Shown here piece by piece: positions 1-12,581 of a stretch of 64,000 bases of DNA. Position numbers and translations under genes: made by a program. The stretch comes from Alloascoidea hylecoeti. Its lineage: Eukaryota. Every line of letters starts with the position of its first letter. The first letter of the stretch is position 1. The notes beneath the pieces were generated by a model. It was not told the origin of the DNA. It saw nothing but the letters and a program-made list of their open reading frames with translations, and made no database searches. The stretch covers positions 1,019,566 through 1,083,565 of the forward strand of contig BCKZ01000004.1 in assembly GCA_001600815.1 (NCBI GenBank). The letters run 5' to 3'.

Positions 1-734
1 AAATACATAATTAAATGGTGGGACGTGACTAGTAGAATTCCGTGCTCCTACCAACACTTATAATTCATAGCTACAGTGTAATGTAATTAGCTTCGGTACC
101 CAGACAAACATAAATTATGCAATTCGGGAAATTTTATGATAATATATCAAATAACAGAATCATGTATACTTTCTCCTACAATAAATGAAAAGTTCTAACC
201 CTCCATGTAAAGGGTGGATATTTGGTCTACTTTTTTAATTGTTTTTTAACCAACGTAACAGTGATTACTCTGTAACTTTTCAAACTTATTTACTTTTGTG
301 TATAGTAAAATCACAACTAGATTAATTATTCATGTGTTCATAAATTGTTGGTACTCGCCAAGTTTTCTTTAGTAATAGGAAAGATATTGAGATGGGGCTT
401 CCATCAATTTGTGCCAAATTACTTTTACTTTGATTAGTGAAATCTTTTGCTATGACTGATAAATATTCAGAAGTTTTATCCGAATACAACACAGGTGTCA
501 GATATATTCATTTTCTTAAGCTCGTCTATCACTCGAAGGCATTAATGAAGAGGGGATATTAGCTATATATAGCTCATCATTGCTAATTACATCATTAAAT
601 AAATAATAATGTTTATTGACGCTGGAAAATGTCCAGTTGTAGTTCTATAGGTTATAGAGTTCAACTAGATAAGTGAATAGGCCAAATTAGGTATTCATCC
701 GTCTCGATAGTTTGGTCATTGATCCGTCATTTCT

Positions 735-1294
735 TCAAATAATTTTAAGGACGAAATCCTGTGGTTTGGACGTCTTGTACCAGGCTAATGAAGTCCGAAG
801 ATTAGTTGATGAAGTCGGAAAGTTGAGGGGTAATGATTGGTGAGGGTCATTCATTAAAAATGTCTTGTTGGGGTTGGAATGAACTATTTTGGGACTCTTT
901 ACTCGGAGCTTTCTTGGAGTGGCGTTGGCAATAATTACTTTTTTGCGAACTTGTGAAGATCTGCTCGCTTTCGGCATGGTTCGTTTGGGAGAGTGTCTCG
1001 GACTGTCTCCGCGCCATTGGTTAAGGGAGGTTGGAATATAGAACTATAGATAACGATGATCTCATTTATAATTGTATTCCATAACGTTAGCCAGCAGCAA
1101 AGCACATAAGGCCTTATATATATTAGATCTAGATACAATACATATAATTATAAGTATATATATATGAGGCGGTATAAATTACAGTATACTGCCTGGAGCT
1201 CAGATCTAGAAATGAACGTATTAGGTATTACGTAGAGTCATATTCAAAACGCTGATTATACATACGACAGTTTTATTTAAGTTGTAATGTAACA
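735..1294 (-). mobile_element. Possible LTR-retrotransposon 5' remnant (LTR, PBS-like motif, start of a gag-like ORF)
   Basis: Minus strand reads ...TTAACCA-A-TGGCGCGGAGACAG (CA end at 1018, TGG at 1016), then an ATG ORF 977..735. Upstream AT-rich segment has TATATAAG and a TGTTAC candidate start at 1294. No second LTR or TSD seen. Confidence 0.3.
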
Positions 1295-2532
1295 AAGTCA
1301 GTGTGGGGATTGGGCAACGTGCCATCGCCGAACCCGATTTCTCACCATTTAGGTAACAATCAACGTATTTATGCCTTCAGCTTTCACGAAGTATAATACA
1401 TAAGTACTTGCGTTTTTTGTTGTTGTTGCATATAGCGCTAGCTATAAGGTTATAGAATATACATGCTATAACTTATAACATATATTCTTCATATTTGTCC
1501 ACCGTTATCTATATAAATTTAAATCATACATTTTTGATATATGTTAAGAGTTATCAATAAGTTTCACCCTCTAGATGTTTCAAGCAAGGTTGAATATGAA
1601 TTTAAAAGAGGGTTTTCGGTTCTAGATTTGCTTAAAGTTTATCTATTATTATACCCAATAAATGGCATAATCTTCTCAGCCGGCTCTTCGGAGGTTCTTG
1701 GAATTCATGGTCTGTGCAAATTTAATATAAGGACTCGGAAATTTCAAGAGTTATTACCAGATTAGGTATAATATGATCACATGATCGCGTTTACGTCAAT
1801 ATTAACAATAAGGTAAACGAGGAGTTGCATATGAAGAATAGTCAACCATTCATTTGAGATCCAACCTCCTCCCACCACCCTTGTCCACTCTGCTGGAAAA
1901 TGGTAAGTCTCGGTGATTATGAATTTATATAGGTTGCGATTGCAATTTGTAGATCAATTCGAGATATTGCATAGCGTATGAGAAAACGGTTGATGGTTAG
2001 GACGCGTACGCAGTCTTAGCAATATAACCAACAACATTAAACTATGGTCTGTGGTTTATCTTCGTTGTCGACTTGCAAGTATTCTCTGAACTATATATGG
2101 ACAAAAATGGGTTGTCGCAACTCTCGTTTATCCGGAATAATAGATATCGTCATATCGATGTAGAGAGAAATACTTTGTGTTAGGCCTGCGTCGAAGATAA
2201 ATACGAACCATGCAACATTTTTCATTACATTACTTCCAACATGCAAGGGTTTTGTCCCCCAGCTTTCTACAAATTCTGACTTAAGTTCATCTTCAATCAC
2301 AAAGTAACCAAAGAGTGGGGTCATACTAGATCTATCGACACGTGCGCACTTATTTCAGTATATATACTTAAGTGAGTCTCTTTCTTTTCATGATATTTTT
2401 ATTTAAATTACAATTACACACTTGAAACACTTTTTCTTCGAAAGAGAAAAAAAAAATTCTGTAGCTTAAAAAAAGTATGATCCTAAGGAGATAAATCTAA
2501 ATTTATAAATAACACACACATATATTCATTCA

Positions 2533-4227
2533 ATGGAAACAAACAACAAGCACAATTTAGATTCACCCCCAGGATCTCAAGGTATTAATGAACACCAAAT
2601 ACAGAATCATATTCATGAAAAAGACTCATTTTCTTCAAACTCCTCACCAGAATCACGCCGAATCGGTGTAGTAGATACGGTTAAGAATGATGAGTCAGGA
2701 CCAGATTTAAGCCCAAAAGCTATACTGAACTATTTAAAAACAAGAGTTACAAGTTTGATTATCCCCAAATCAAATCTTGAAAATTTTGGAGAAAAAATGA
2801 ATCTTTATAGAGATTTAAAAATTGTTTCTCGTAGACAATGGTTATTTATTTGGATCGCAATTGCTGCTTGGACATGGGACGCTTTTGATTTTTTCATCGT
2901 TACTTTAAACATTTCAATGATTGCTGATGAATATAATGTTAGTATTCAAGCAGTGACATGGTGCGTTACAATTGCAGTTATGATGAGAACAGTTGGATCA
3001 ATTGGATGGGGTTATGTAGGTGATAAGTATAGTAGAAAATGGTCAATGGTTTTCAATCTTGCCGTTAATCTTGTTATTGAAATTGGTACTGGGTTTGCAC
3101 CAAATAAAACAATATTTATGGCATGTCGTGCACTTTATGGCATGAGTACTGGTGGTATTTTTGGTAATGCCACTGCTACTGCATTAGATGATTGCCCAAC
3201 TTCTGCAAAAGGTGTGGTATCTGGTTTACTTCAATGGGGGTTCCCCTTGGGATATCTATTATCTGTTATTTTTACCAGAGCATTAGCCAATACAACAAAA
3301 CAAACCTGGAGAAGTATGTTTTGGTTTGCTGCAGGTATCCAATTTCTAATAATGGTTGGAAGATTATTATTACCAGAAACAAAAGCATTTTTAGAAAGGA
3401 AAAAAGTCCTTCAAGAAGAAATTGAAGTGAAAAAGACATTAGGTATTGAAGATGTTAAAACACCAATTTTAAAAACGATTGGTCATAGTGTAAAAATATA
3501 TTGGCTTTTAATGCTTTATATGTTTTTGGCATTTGCTGGATTTAATTTCTTATCTCATGGTTCTCAAGATATTTTCCCTACATATCTTTCACAGCAGTTA
3601 CTTTTTAGTGAAGATAGATCAACAGTTGCAAATTGTGTTGGTAATCTTGGAGCAATGTTAGGAGGAGCAATGTTTGGTCATTTCTCCAATATTTTTGGTA
3701 GGAGATTATGTATGTTGGTACTTTTTGTTTGCGGCGGTTCAATGGTTTATCCATGGATTTATGTTAAAGGTACTGGTCAATTAGCACCTATATTTTTCTT
3801 TCAGTTTTTCGTTCAAGGAGCTTGGGGTGTTATACCAATCTATATGTCCGAATTATCACCGCCAAACAATAGAGCATTTGTAGTTGGATTATCATATCAA
3901 TTAGGAAATTTAGCTGCATCAGCTTCTGGTACAATTGAAACAATCTTAAGTGAAAATTTCCCAATAATGGTTGATGGGAAACCAATGACCAATTACGGGA
4001 AAATAATTGCCATTTTCACAGGCGCTGTTTTCGTCTTTTTAATATTTGTTATATTTTTAGGACCTGAGAATATAAATTCAGATTTAAACGCTGATAATAA
4101 AGAGCATCTACATATGGAAGATATTGATTTGTCTAAAGCGGACCTTCATCCAACAAGTTCTCATGTAGATTTGGATGGAAGAGACATTAATGATAAAGAT
4201 CAACGAGTTAACGAAATTATTGCTTAA
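2533..4227 (+). CDS. JEN1: Jen-family carboxylate:H+ symporter (MFS)
   Basis: 564-aa multi-TM ORF with WTWDAFDFF and the Jen signature NxxSHxSQDxxPT (NFLSHGSQDIFPT). Jen1 vs Jen2 not resolvable. Confidence 0.85.
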   Translation: METNNKHNLDSPPGSQGINEHQIQNHIHEKDSFSSNSSPESRRIGVVDTVKNDESGPDLSPKAILNYLKTRVTSLIIPKSNLENFGEKMNLYRDLKIVSRRQWLFIWIAIAAWTWDAFDFFIVTLNISMIADEYNVSIQAVTWCVTIAVMMRTVGSIGWGYVGDKYSRKWSMVFNLAVNLVIEIGTGFAPNKTIFMACRALYGMSTGGIFGNATATALDDCPTSAKGVVSGLLQWGFPLGYLLSVIFTRALANTTKQTWRSMFWFAAGIQFLIMVGRLLLPETKAFLERKKVLQEEIEVKKTLGIEDVKTPILKTIGHSVKIYWLLMLYMFLAFAGFNFLSHGSQDIFPTYLSQQLLFSEDRSTVANCVGNLGAMLGGAMFGHFSNIFGRRLCMLVLFVCGGSMVYPWIYVKGTGQLAPIFFFQFFVQGAWGVIPIYMSELSPPNNRAFVVGLSYQLGNLAASASGTIETILSENFPIMVDGKPMTNYGKIIAIFTGAVFVFLIFVIFLGPENINSDLNADNKEHLHMEDIDLSKADLHPTSSHVDLDGRDINDKDQRVNEIIA

Positions 4228-5864
4228 AATTTTATTTATATACATATTTGATTTAAATATACGTATAACGCATTATGATAACAATTTTAAAAGAAGTTGG
4301 TATACATATCCAGAGAAGTCGCTAATTAAGTATATGTACCTGCAATACAATTCAATCGTGGAGTACACAAGTGTTCACTTGCTGTTAACGAGCCTCACAT
4401 ACTTATACGTAGTTAGCAGTTATCTCAAAAATAATAGATATCATAATATAAGCCATAAAGAGTTGACAAGTTGCTAAACTAAAATCTCAAAGAATCAGTC
4501 TTAAAAGTTATGCAGCTTTAAGCCTAGCTTTATAATTACATGAAGGCTACTTGTCATCTCTTTATGATCTAATATTTATTATTTTTGAATTAATAGTTTT
4601 CTATATGGCGAGATATTCAAGACCTTTATTACGTCATTTATCGAAAACGAATGTCAACCAAACGACGAAATAAATTGAAGCAGAGTAACGCACTATCTGT
4701 CATATGATACGAACTCTTTCTTCTACATAATGGCAAAACTATAATCCTTACATCTGTCAAATATGATGCGAAATATATTCCAAGCAGATGACTAAATGTC
4801 TCAAAGCAGCATAGCGAGAAATTATGTTAATCTAACAACTAATCAATAATTTCAGGTATTCCGAAAACGTACAGTCACTTTATTGACGAAAGTAACTCTC
4901 CATCGTTGCGAAAATTGTACATTCACGTTAGGGAATTTTCTGCAGCTACAGAAAACCTAAGTTTGACTACAATATTTGATATCTGAAAATAGGTGATGTA
5001 ATTCTAGAAAACAGATATATCTCTAAGTCTTTGGAATAATTGTCTCAAATATCACTGTAAGACTTCTAAACGAATCTTGAATAATCAGATAAGTGAAAAA
5101 TATAAACGCAACATTCAGCAAAATTTAACATGGTTTAGTGATTGGAGCATCCATTACAAGTTGGATTAAAATAATGAGAAAACATCCTGAAGTTGTACAT
5201 TGACTACGACGATTTAAAGCATTTCTTCGGCCAGTTGTCATATAGGTTTATTGCTCAAATTTAAAAGGAAAAATTTCTGAAAGATAATTCAGAGGAAAAA
5301 TGATATCCGGATATCCAAATAGATGGTTTAAAGGCTCTTTATTCGGAAACTACTTTTAGCAGCCCTAGACATACGGTTAACTTAGCAGGATTATTACCAC
5401 AGTTGATAAAAATGAGCACTTAATCAGTGGTACTAGTGATTATAAGTTAATCAGTAAAAAAACTCCCAATATTTCTGGGCTAACACTTGAAATGCCGAAT
5501 TTTTTTTTTCGTTTACCCACCTTGATAAAAGGGCAATTGAATAAACTGAAACTTACTAACAGATAAAAAGAAGGAAACTGACATAAATTAGAGAAGGTAA
5601 TATTTATTTGACTTTGAATGTTTATTTATAGGATATTTATGAATTTCTCATTCCGATCATTCTTTTTTAGATATAGAAACAAGGAAATGAATAAAACTAA
5701 AAGTTCAAAAAGTACCCCTAAACTACTATAGAAGGCGCTACAATTATAATCACATTTTATGATTTTTTCTTTGTTTTGTAACGGCGCTCAGTCTGAGAAT
5801 TTAGTGATTATTGTCAATGTCTATTGTAGTTAAAACTCTATACTTAAACTTTATATATGACACA

Positions 5865-7088
5865 TTAAGAGTATGGATCATCCACCATCTCATATTTAAC
5901 CCATTGTTGTAAACAATTTTCTTTTTGTAAATCAGGAATACCAACAAATTTGCCAGGTACACATCTTTTGCATTTTGGGCTATCAGGACAATTGAAGTAA
6001 GGATAATGTTCATAACCAATATCTCTAAACCAATGAATTTTTGATTTATCCTCGAATAAACCTAAGCCAATGGCATGAACAGGAGCATCTCCCCATCTTT
6101 CATAAAAAAATCCACCTGATTTATCTAAATGTTTAAAATATTCATTATAAGGTTTAGATCTAAAAAAATCCATATTACCAATTTCAAAATTTGACCAAAA
6201 ATGACAAGTGGAATAACCGTTTGTTATATCATTTCTATCTTTTAAATTTTGATTTGTTAACCATGAAAATGCACCATTTTCATTAAGATAATTTGGATGT
6301 AATTTTATAAATTCTAAAGTTGTTGTCCATAATGATCTAACACTTTGTGGAGAATCATAAATATTAATATTAAAACCATAAGTTTTGTTATGATCTTCAA
6401 GATATTTAAAAACATCATAATCAATATTACAAAAATAATTTGTTTTTGGTTCAACTCTCCAATACCATTTAAAGTTTTTTAATCCTTCATTATTATAAAA
6501 CATTCCAGAATTCCAACGACACATTCTATGATATGATTGTTTATTTGAATATTGTATATTTTCACTCATTAATTTATCATTTGATGCAGAAGATAATGAT
6601 GGATCAATCCATGATGGTTCAACCCAATGATCATTTGAAATCTTTTCAAAATAAATCTTTGAATTGGTATATTTTGAAACTTGAGTTTTAAACCTTTCAC
6701 TAAATTCTTCATCATTTATAAAAGTCCAAGGGTAATTAAACTTATTATTAAAAGTTGATTCGATTTGTTTCATGGCACTTATTATACCTCGTAGTTCTTG
6801 ATTACGAACTAGGGATAATAGAGTAGCGTTGGCGCGTTCGTACTCATCACCAGATCTTCTTAATATACCATTTGGTTCTCCTGTAATTTTTTTGTTTATG
6901 ATTTTATTTATATCGTCTGTTGATAAATGAGCATTTGGTGAATTTTCAAGCTGGCCGGTTGATGAAGGCGGAGCTAACTGTATACGCTGAATAGTTGAAT
7001 GTCGCACAAATATTAAGGCCAGTGTGATTGTGGTAGTGACAGCCAGAAATAGTGTTATATATCGTTTATATGATCCTTTCCGACTCAT
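5865..7088 (-). CDS. KRE2/MNT1 (KTR) family alpha-1,2-mannosyltransferase, GT15
   Basis: Type II N-terminal anchor; SYHRMCRWNSG, WYWRVEP, CHFWSNFEI, GGFFYERWGDAPVH motifs. Confidence 0.92.
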   Translation of the reverse strand: MSRKGSYKRYITLFLAVTTTITLALIFVRHSTIQRIQLAPPSSTGQLENSPNAHLSTDDINKIINKKITGEPNGILRRSGDEYERANATLLSLVRNQELRGIISAMKQIESTFNNKFNYPWTFINDEEFSERFKTQVSKYTNSKIYFEKISNDHWVEPSWIDPSLSSASNDKLMSENIQYSNKQSYHRMCRWNSGMFYNNEGLKNFKWYWRVEPKTNYFCNIDYDVFKYLEDHNKTYGFNINIYDSPQSVRSLWTTTLEFIKLHPNYLNENGAFSWLTNQNLKDRNDITNGYSTCHFWSNFEIGNMDFFRSKPYNEYFKHLDKSGGFFYERWGDAPVHAIGLGLFEDKSKIHWFRDIGYEHYPYFNCPDSPKCKRCVPGKFVGIPDLQKENCLQQWVKYEMVDDPYS

Positions 7089-7257
7089 AATATAAAGAAG
7101 CTAAGTTATATGTTTTCATGGGAAAAGATATAAGGTTGGTTGGATGTCCGGTATTGCTATGTGTTGCAGCAAGCCTTAACTATGCTAAGCCTTAGAAACG
7201 TCGTTACACAAAAAACAAATGTTTCATTAAATGCTATGAATTTATATATATGTCTAG

Positions 7258-8685
7258 TTATTGAATGTTACGATTGAGAGGAACCGATGCCTCCTCCTCT
7301 CCATCGATCGCTATAATTTCTTGTCCCATGGGGAGTTCTTGCTCCCGTGTGTGTTTTGCCTCCGTCTGTCTCCTGCCTATCTGGCTAATAAGGGTCTCTG
7401 TTCTAGGAGGTGCCTGATAAATTGGTTGGGGATTTCTAACTCTTTGCTGTTGTTGTCTGCTCATTCTGTATCGTTGCCAGCCATCTTCTTCTTGTCTTGT
7501 ATTTCTCATTACTCTATCCCAAACATCCGGATTGATTAAAAATTCTGTCCCATTACCAAGTTCCTTTGGTACCAGTGGAAGGAACCATTCTATTCTCTTC
7601 CTACCCATAATTTGTCTCCAATTTTCTTTACAACCCAAATCAAATATATTCCCAACTGATTTTGAATTTGGAGGTTGATTGAATCTAAATTGATTCGAAG
7701 GTATTGTTGATTTATATCGTGTTGTTTCCATACTTTCCAATGTCGTTATATTCCTACATAACAAGTAAATTGAGTAACCATCGAATATTCCAACTGCAAA
7801 TATAACAGCGATTGCTATAACAAATAAGAAAACCCATTTTAATTCCAAATAAGCATCATTGTAATCACCTTCTACAAAGAATGATGACATTACAATACCA
7901 CTACTTATAAGGGAAAATAAAGCCCAAAACCAGGTATAAGTTAAAAATTGAATGAAAAATTTCCTATTATGAAATCCAATACAAGTTGCAAACCATGGAC
8001 AGTGATGATCCATTAATAAAACACATTTGCCACATGATGAACAGTGATGTGTTCGATCTGGTTTCCAACAACGGCATTTATGGCAATACCGTGGTTTACC
8101 ATTATCTTTTGCCATTATTGAATTTAATATTGATGCTGGGGCAGGTGGTAATATCCATTCTTCCATTTCATCGTCTTCTAGGTTGCCATCATTATGATTG
8201 GTATTGGGATTTGTTAATTGAAGACCTCGATGTATGGGTTTCGCCCCATAACCTTCTAGGTCTAATGGACTTCCAGGACCGGTAAGTACTTTGAAATATG
8301 CAATTACAGCTAAAGCATTGATGAACAATCCAACTACACCAAGAAACCAACCTGGAAAGCCCTGAATTATACCCCAACATATACCGCTATGAATATAAGC
8401 AGTTGATAATAGTAGACCAATACATAAGGCTCTTGGAAATGTCAAAGTGAAAAGGAAAAAACATTGTCTTGTCCTTAAACAGCACCTTGCCGTTAGTTTC
8501 CTCGGTGTCCGTGGTATCCTAACGGAAAATCTTGGTGGTATCATTATAGTTGATGAAGTTAAAGACGTTTGAGCAGTTGGTGTGATTGAAGAAGATGTTG
8601 TAACTGGATTTATATTAATGGCTGAAGCAGCTTCTGTAGAGGAAGAAAGTAAAGGTTGAGATTGTTTTGCCGTGTGAAAGTCCAT
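7258..8685 (-). CDS. PFA3: DHHC palmitoyltransferase, Pfa3-like
   Basis: CHKCRCWKPDRTHHCSSCGKCVLLMDHHCPW domain, TTLE motif, four TM segments. First ATG at 8685. Confidence 0.85.
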   Translation of the reverse strand: MDFHTAKQSQPLLSSSTEAASAININPVTTSSSITPTAQTSLTSSTIMIPPRFSVRIPRTPRKLTARCCLRTRQCFFLFTLTFPRALCIGLLLSTAYIHSGICWGIIQGFPGWFLGVVGLFINALAVIAYFKVLTGPGSPLDLEGYGAKPIHRGLQLTNPNTNHNDGNLEDDEMEEWILPPAPASILNSIMAKDNGKPRYCHKCRCWKPDRTHHCSSCGKCVLLMDHHCPWFATCIGFHNRKFFIQFLTYTWFWALFSLISSGIVMSSFFVEGDYNDAYLELKWVFLFVIAIAVIFAVGIFDGYSIYLLCRNITTLESMETTRYKSTIPSNQFRFNQPPNSKSVGNIFDLGCKENWRQIMGRKRIEWFLPLVPKELGNGTEFLINPDVWDRVMRNTRQEEDGWQRYRMSRQQQQRVRNPQPIYQAPPRTETLISQIGRRQTEAKHTREQELPMGQEIIAIDGEEEASVPLNRNIQ

Positions 8686-8931
8686 TTGAATACTAAACAA
8701 ATACAAACTAAATAAATGAAATAAACAAAATATACAAGAAAGATAAAATTAATCAAAAAAAAGCAATCTTTCTGGTGATTTTTTGGATATTTCTAATATT
8801 AATTGTTTAATTAGGTCCCCACCAGCCAGCCGGGTAAAAATAAATATATCCACCAACAAGGTGTAAGGTTGTACACACCAAATATTCACTTTCCACTTCT
8901 CGGGAAATCTCATCACTTCTCAATATTAATC

Positions 8932-10898
8932 ATGACTTTCACCAAAATCCCTTTCGGGGAAATTAGTGTTAAAAATAATGATAAAAGACGTATGTTTATA
9001 ACAATTCATTATTATTATTATTATTATTATTATGATTATAATTTTTGATATTCTAACTATTTTTCTTTTTATTTATGTCTAGGCGTGGCATATTTCTATG
9101 ATTGTAAGTGACATAGGAAACTATAATCATACGAAATATATATTAATATTTGTTATTCAAAATTAGCTGATGTTGGAAATTATGCTTATGGTGCTGGTCA
9201 CCCAATGAAACCTCATAGAATAAGAATGGCTCATTCTTTAATTATGAATTATGGTTTATACAAGCAGATGGAGATTTACGTATGTTCTTTCAATTCATTA
9301 TCATTTTTATAATTATCATTTCCCATTTATATTCTAACAATTATATTAAATGATTTATTTAGAGAGCTAAACCTGCAACAAAGCAAGAAATGTGTCAATT
9401 CCATACCGATGAATATGTTGATTTCTTATCCCGTGTAACTCCAGATAACGTTGACCTTTTCCCAAAAGAAAAGGCAAAATTTAACGTTGGTGACGATTGT
9501 CCAGTTTTTGATGGACTTTTTGAATATTGTGGTATTTCAGGTGGTGGATCAATGGAAGGTGCCGCAAGATTAAATCGTGGTAAATGTGATATTGCAATTA
9601 ATTATGCTGGTGGTTTACATCATGCTAAAAAATCAGAAGCTTCTGGGTTTTGTTATTTAAATGATATTGTTTTAGGCATTATTGAATTATTAAGATTTCA
9701 TCCAAGAGTTTTATATATTGATATTGATGTTCATCATGGTGATGGTGTTGAAGAAGCTTTTTATACAACTGATCGTGTAATGACTTGTTCTTTTCATAAA
9801 TATGGTGAATATTTCCCAGGAACTGGTGAATTACGTGATATTGGTGTCGGTAAAGGAAAATATCATGCTGTTAATGTACCATTACGTGATGGTATTGATG
9901 ATGAAACGTATAAAAGTATTTTTCAACCAATTATTACCCATATTATTGAATGGTTTCAACCAACTGCTGTTGTTTTACAATGTGGCGGAGATTCGTTATC
10001 TGGTGATAGATTGGGTTGTTTCAATCTAAGTATGAAAGGTCATGCAAATTGTGTTAACTTTGTTAGAAGTTTTGGCTTGCCAATGATGGTTGTAGGAGGT
10101 GGTGGTTATACAATGAGAAATGTTGCAAGAACTTGGTCATTTGAAACTGGTTTATTAAATAATCAAGTTCTTGGTCCTGAATTACCTTATAATGATTATT
10201 ATGAATATTATGGTCCTGATTATAAATTAGATGTCAGACCATCAAATATGTATAATGCGAACACACCTGAATACCTTGATAAAATTCTATCATCAATTTT
10301 CAAAAATTTAGAACATACTAAATTTGCACCAAGTGTACAAATGCAAGATGTACCAAGAGATGCTGAAGATTTAGGTGATGAGGAAGAAGATACAAAAGAA
10401 GCAATTGATACGAGAGGTGGATCTCAAATGAGAAGAGATGAAGAGGTTGTTGCTGATAATGAATTTTATGAAGATGAAGATATTGCACATGGAAACCCAA
10501 AAAATGGTGGTAGTACAAATGGACTCAATTATAGGAATATTATGGATCCCATAAAAAATGAAAATAAAAATTATGATGAGATGGTAGAAGTATTAAAAAA
10601 TGCAAAAGAAGTTAAAAAAGTTGAGCAAAATGCAATTGAGGAACCCGTAAAAAATACATCAATAGAACCAGAAAAGGAAGCAGAACCAGAACCAGAGGTG
10701 ACAAAGGAAAAAGAAGAAGCTGCAATAACAACAACAGAAACAACAAAGAAAGAGGAAATTATTCCTGAAGTTGAAACTCCAAAACCAGTTCAACCAGTTC
10801 CTAGTGTTCCGGTTACATTGCCTATAAGTTTCCCATTACCAAAAAGGGTGAGTACAAATGCTTCTGATAAAGATGAAGATACTGTAATGAAGGATTGA
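8932..10898 (+). CDS. RPD3: Class I histone deacetylase Rpd3; exons 8932-8989, 9083-9103, 9167-9279, 9363-10898
   Basis: Three GT(ATGT/AAGT)..AG introns restore [34 protein letters not shown]. Core [16 protein letters not shown] and [15 protein letters not shown]. Confidence 0.96.
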
Positions 10899-11031
10899 TT
10901 GACATAAATGGAGAGAAATTAATATTTTCTAATTGTATAGTATAGTAATATAATTTTAGAAGCTTGGTAATTAAATTTATAAATATTCAGTCAAATTATT
11001 AGATACACCCATTCCTCCACCACCCTCAAAT

Positions 11032-11594
11032 ATGGTAAGTTTTCGATATAGAGCTAAAACTCTAGATTCAACCAGAATATTAATGATTTGATTTAATTTA
11101 GGTGCTTCTATTTGTAGCTGGGCTTGGGCTGACGTTTATTGCATACACAGTAAGTATTATTTATTGCCAATGTATTCTAGCTGAACTTACATTGAATAAT
11201 ATTTCCCGTTGTTTATAACGTTAATACTAAATATTGAAATGATTTTTATAAGGCAAGATCAGGTATAAGAGCATGGTCAAGGTATAAAGCAATCACTGCC
11301 GCATCATCCACAACAAACTTCTACAAAGAAATGCCAAACAATACAATACTATTCTATAGAGGAGGATTTCAAAAGAAAATGACAGCAAAAGAAGCAATAT
11401 TAATACTAGATCTTGAGGATTATACGGATCCAAAGGGTAGGAGAAATGGTAGAAAAGTTCCACAGAATATTTTAAAACGACATCATAGAAGATTGATGAT
11501 GATTAATCATCCTGATAAAGGAGGCTCGGTTTATATTGCTTCGAAGATCAATGAAGCGAAAAATTTAGTAACGAGTGATGGGCTTGTTGAATAA
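11032..11594 (+). CDS. MDJ2: Mitochondrial inner-membrane J-protein Mdj2/Pam18 family; exons 11032-11034, 11102-11149, 11253-11594
   Basis: Spliced product [25 protein letters not shown]...[18 protein letters not shown]...[19 protein letters not shown]; two GTAAGT..AG introns keep the frame. Confidence 0.8.
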
Positions 11595-12581
11595 ATATAA
11601 AAATCAAATTTAACGCAAAACAAAATATGTATTATTTTATAATCTTTTGTCTATAGAGCAATTCATTCTAATCTATATTGATATATTGGATATCTCAATT
11701 AAATTATCCTCTTGTCAAAACTGCATATACCATACTTACAACCATCTATAGCTAGCTACAAAGGATCTAATTATAGGAAGATCTTTAGAGATCATAAATC
11801 ATTTATAAAATTGGCTCAGTATCAGCGAATGCGCTCTTTTATATCTTCAAATAAATGTAATATTATACTAAATATCTTCATTCTTCTTTGGACGTATCCC
11901 CAAGTTCTAATAGGTAGCAATAAAATCGGAGTGACACGTTCCATTTCCTTTTTAGCACAGGATAATTCCTTTAATATATCTCGAAAGAAAACCTTTGACG
12001 GTTGTGGTTTTGTACTAACAAATGGCACAGGATTCTTACATGTACGTTTGATCTTGTATAATTAATTAAAATTTGATGTCTCCAGAAAGCGTCAACGTTA
12101 GGATTGGTACAAAAAAGTTAGTTCCCTCAAGTTCCCAGAAGATTTAAATGTGATAAGGAACTATTTTTATGTTTACTGGATTTTCAGTAACGCATTGCAA
12201 TTGCGTCGTTGGCTGATATAACTACGGAATGCTGCACATCACTCATAATAACTAAGTTCTATCCAGATTAGATGATATTATGATGAACAAGATTGCAATA
12301 AATTAGAGGGGGTTGGTAAAATTATTGTTGATGAGAGTACTCCGCTGTTATTCTAAAAAAGAACAATATGAAGAAGAAAGAAAAATGCGGTGATATAAAC
12401 GAAATGTGGCTATGGTTATGGCCGATACTTAGTAATGAGAAGGGCCTAAATTAAATACACTTCCTGTACACATCATTGATTACTCATCTGTTGTATTTAG
12501 GTTACATAATAATAACAGCCACGCCTATTAAAAACCTACAAATTTGTCACTTTTCCCCACCACTAGACTAGGTTTCAAGAA

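Noticed and set aside
4600..5450. Possible coding relic between JEN1 and the KTR gene
   Set aside because: Stops are frequent and no family motif could be recognised.
11712..12250. Short ORFs between MDJ2 and PEX6
   Set aside because: Non-ATG starts, no recognisable motif and no convincing splice model.
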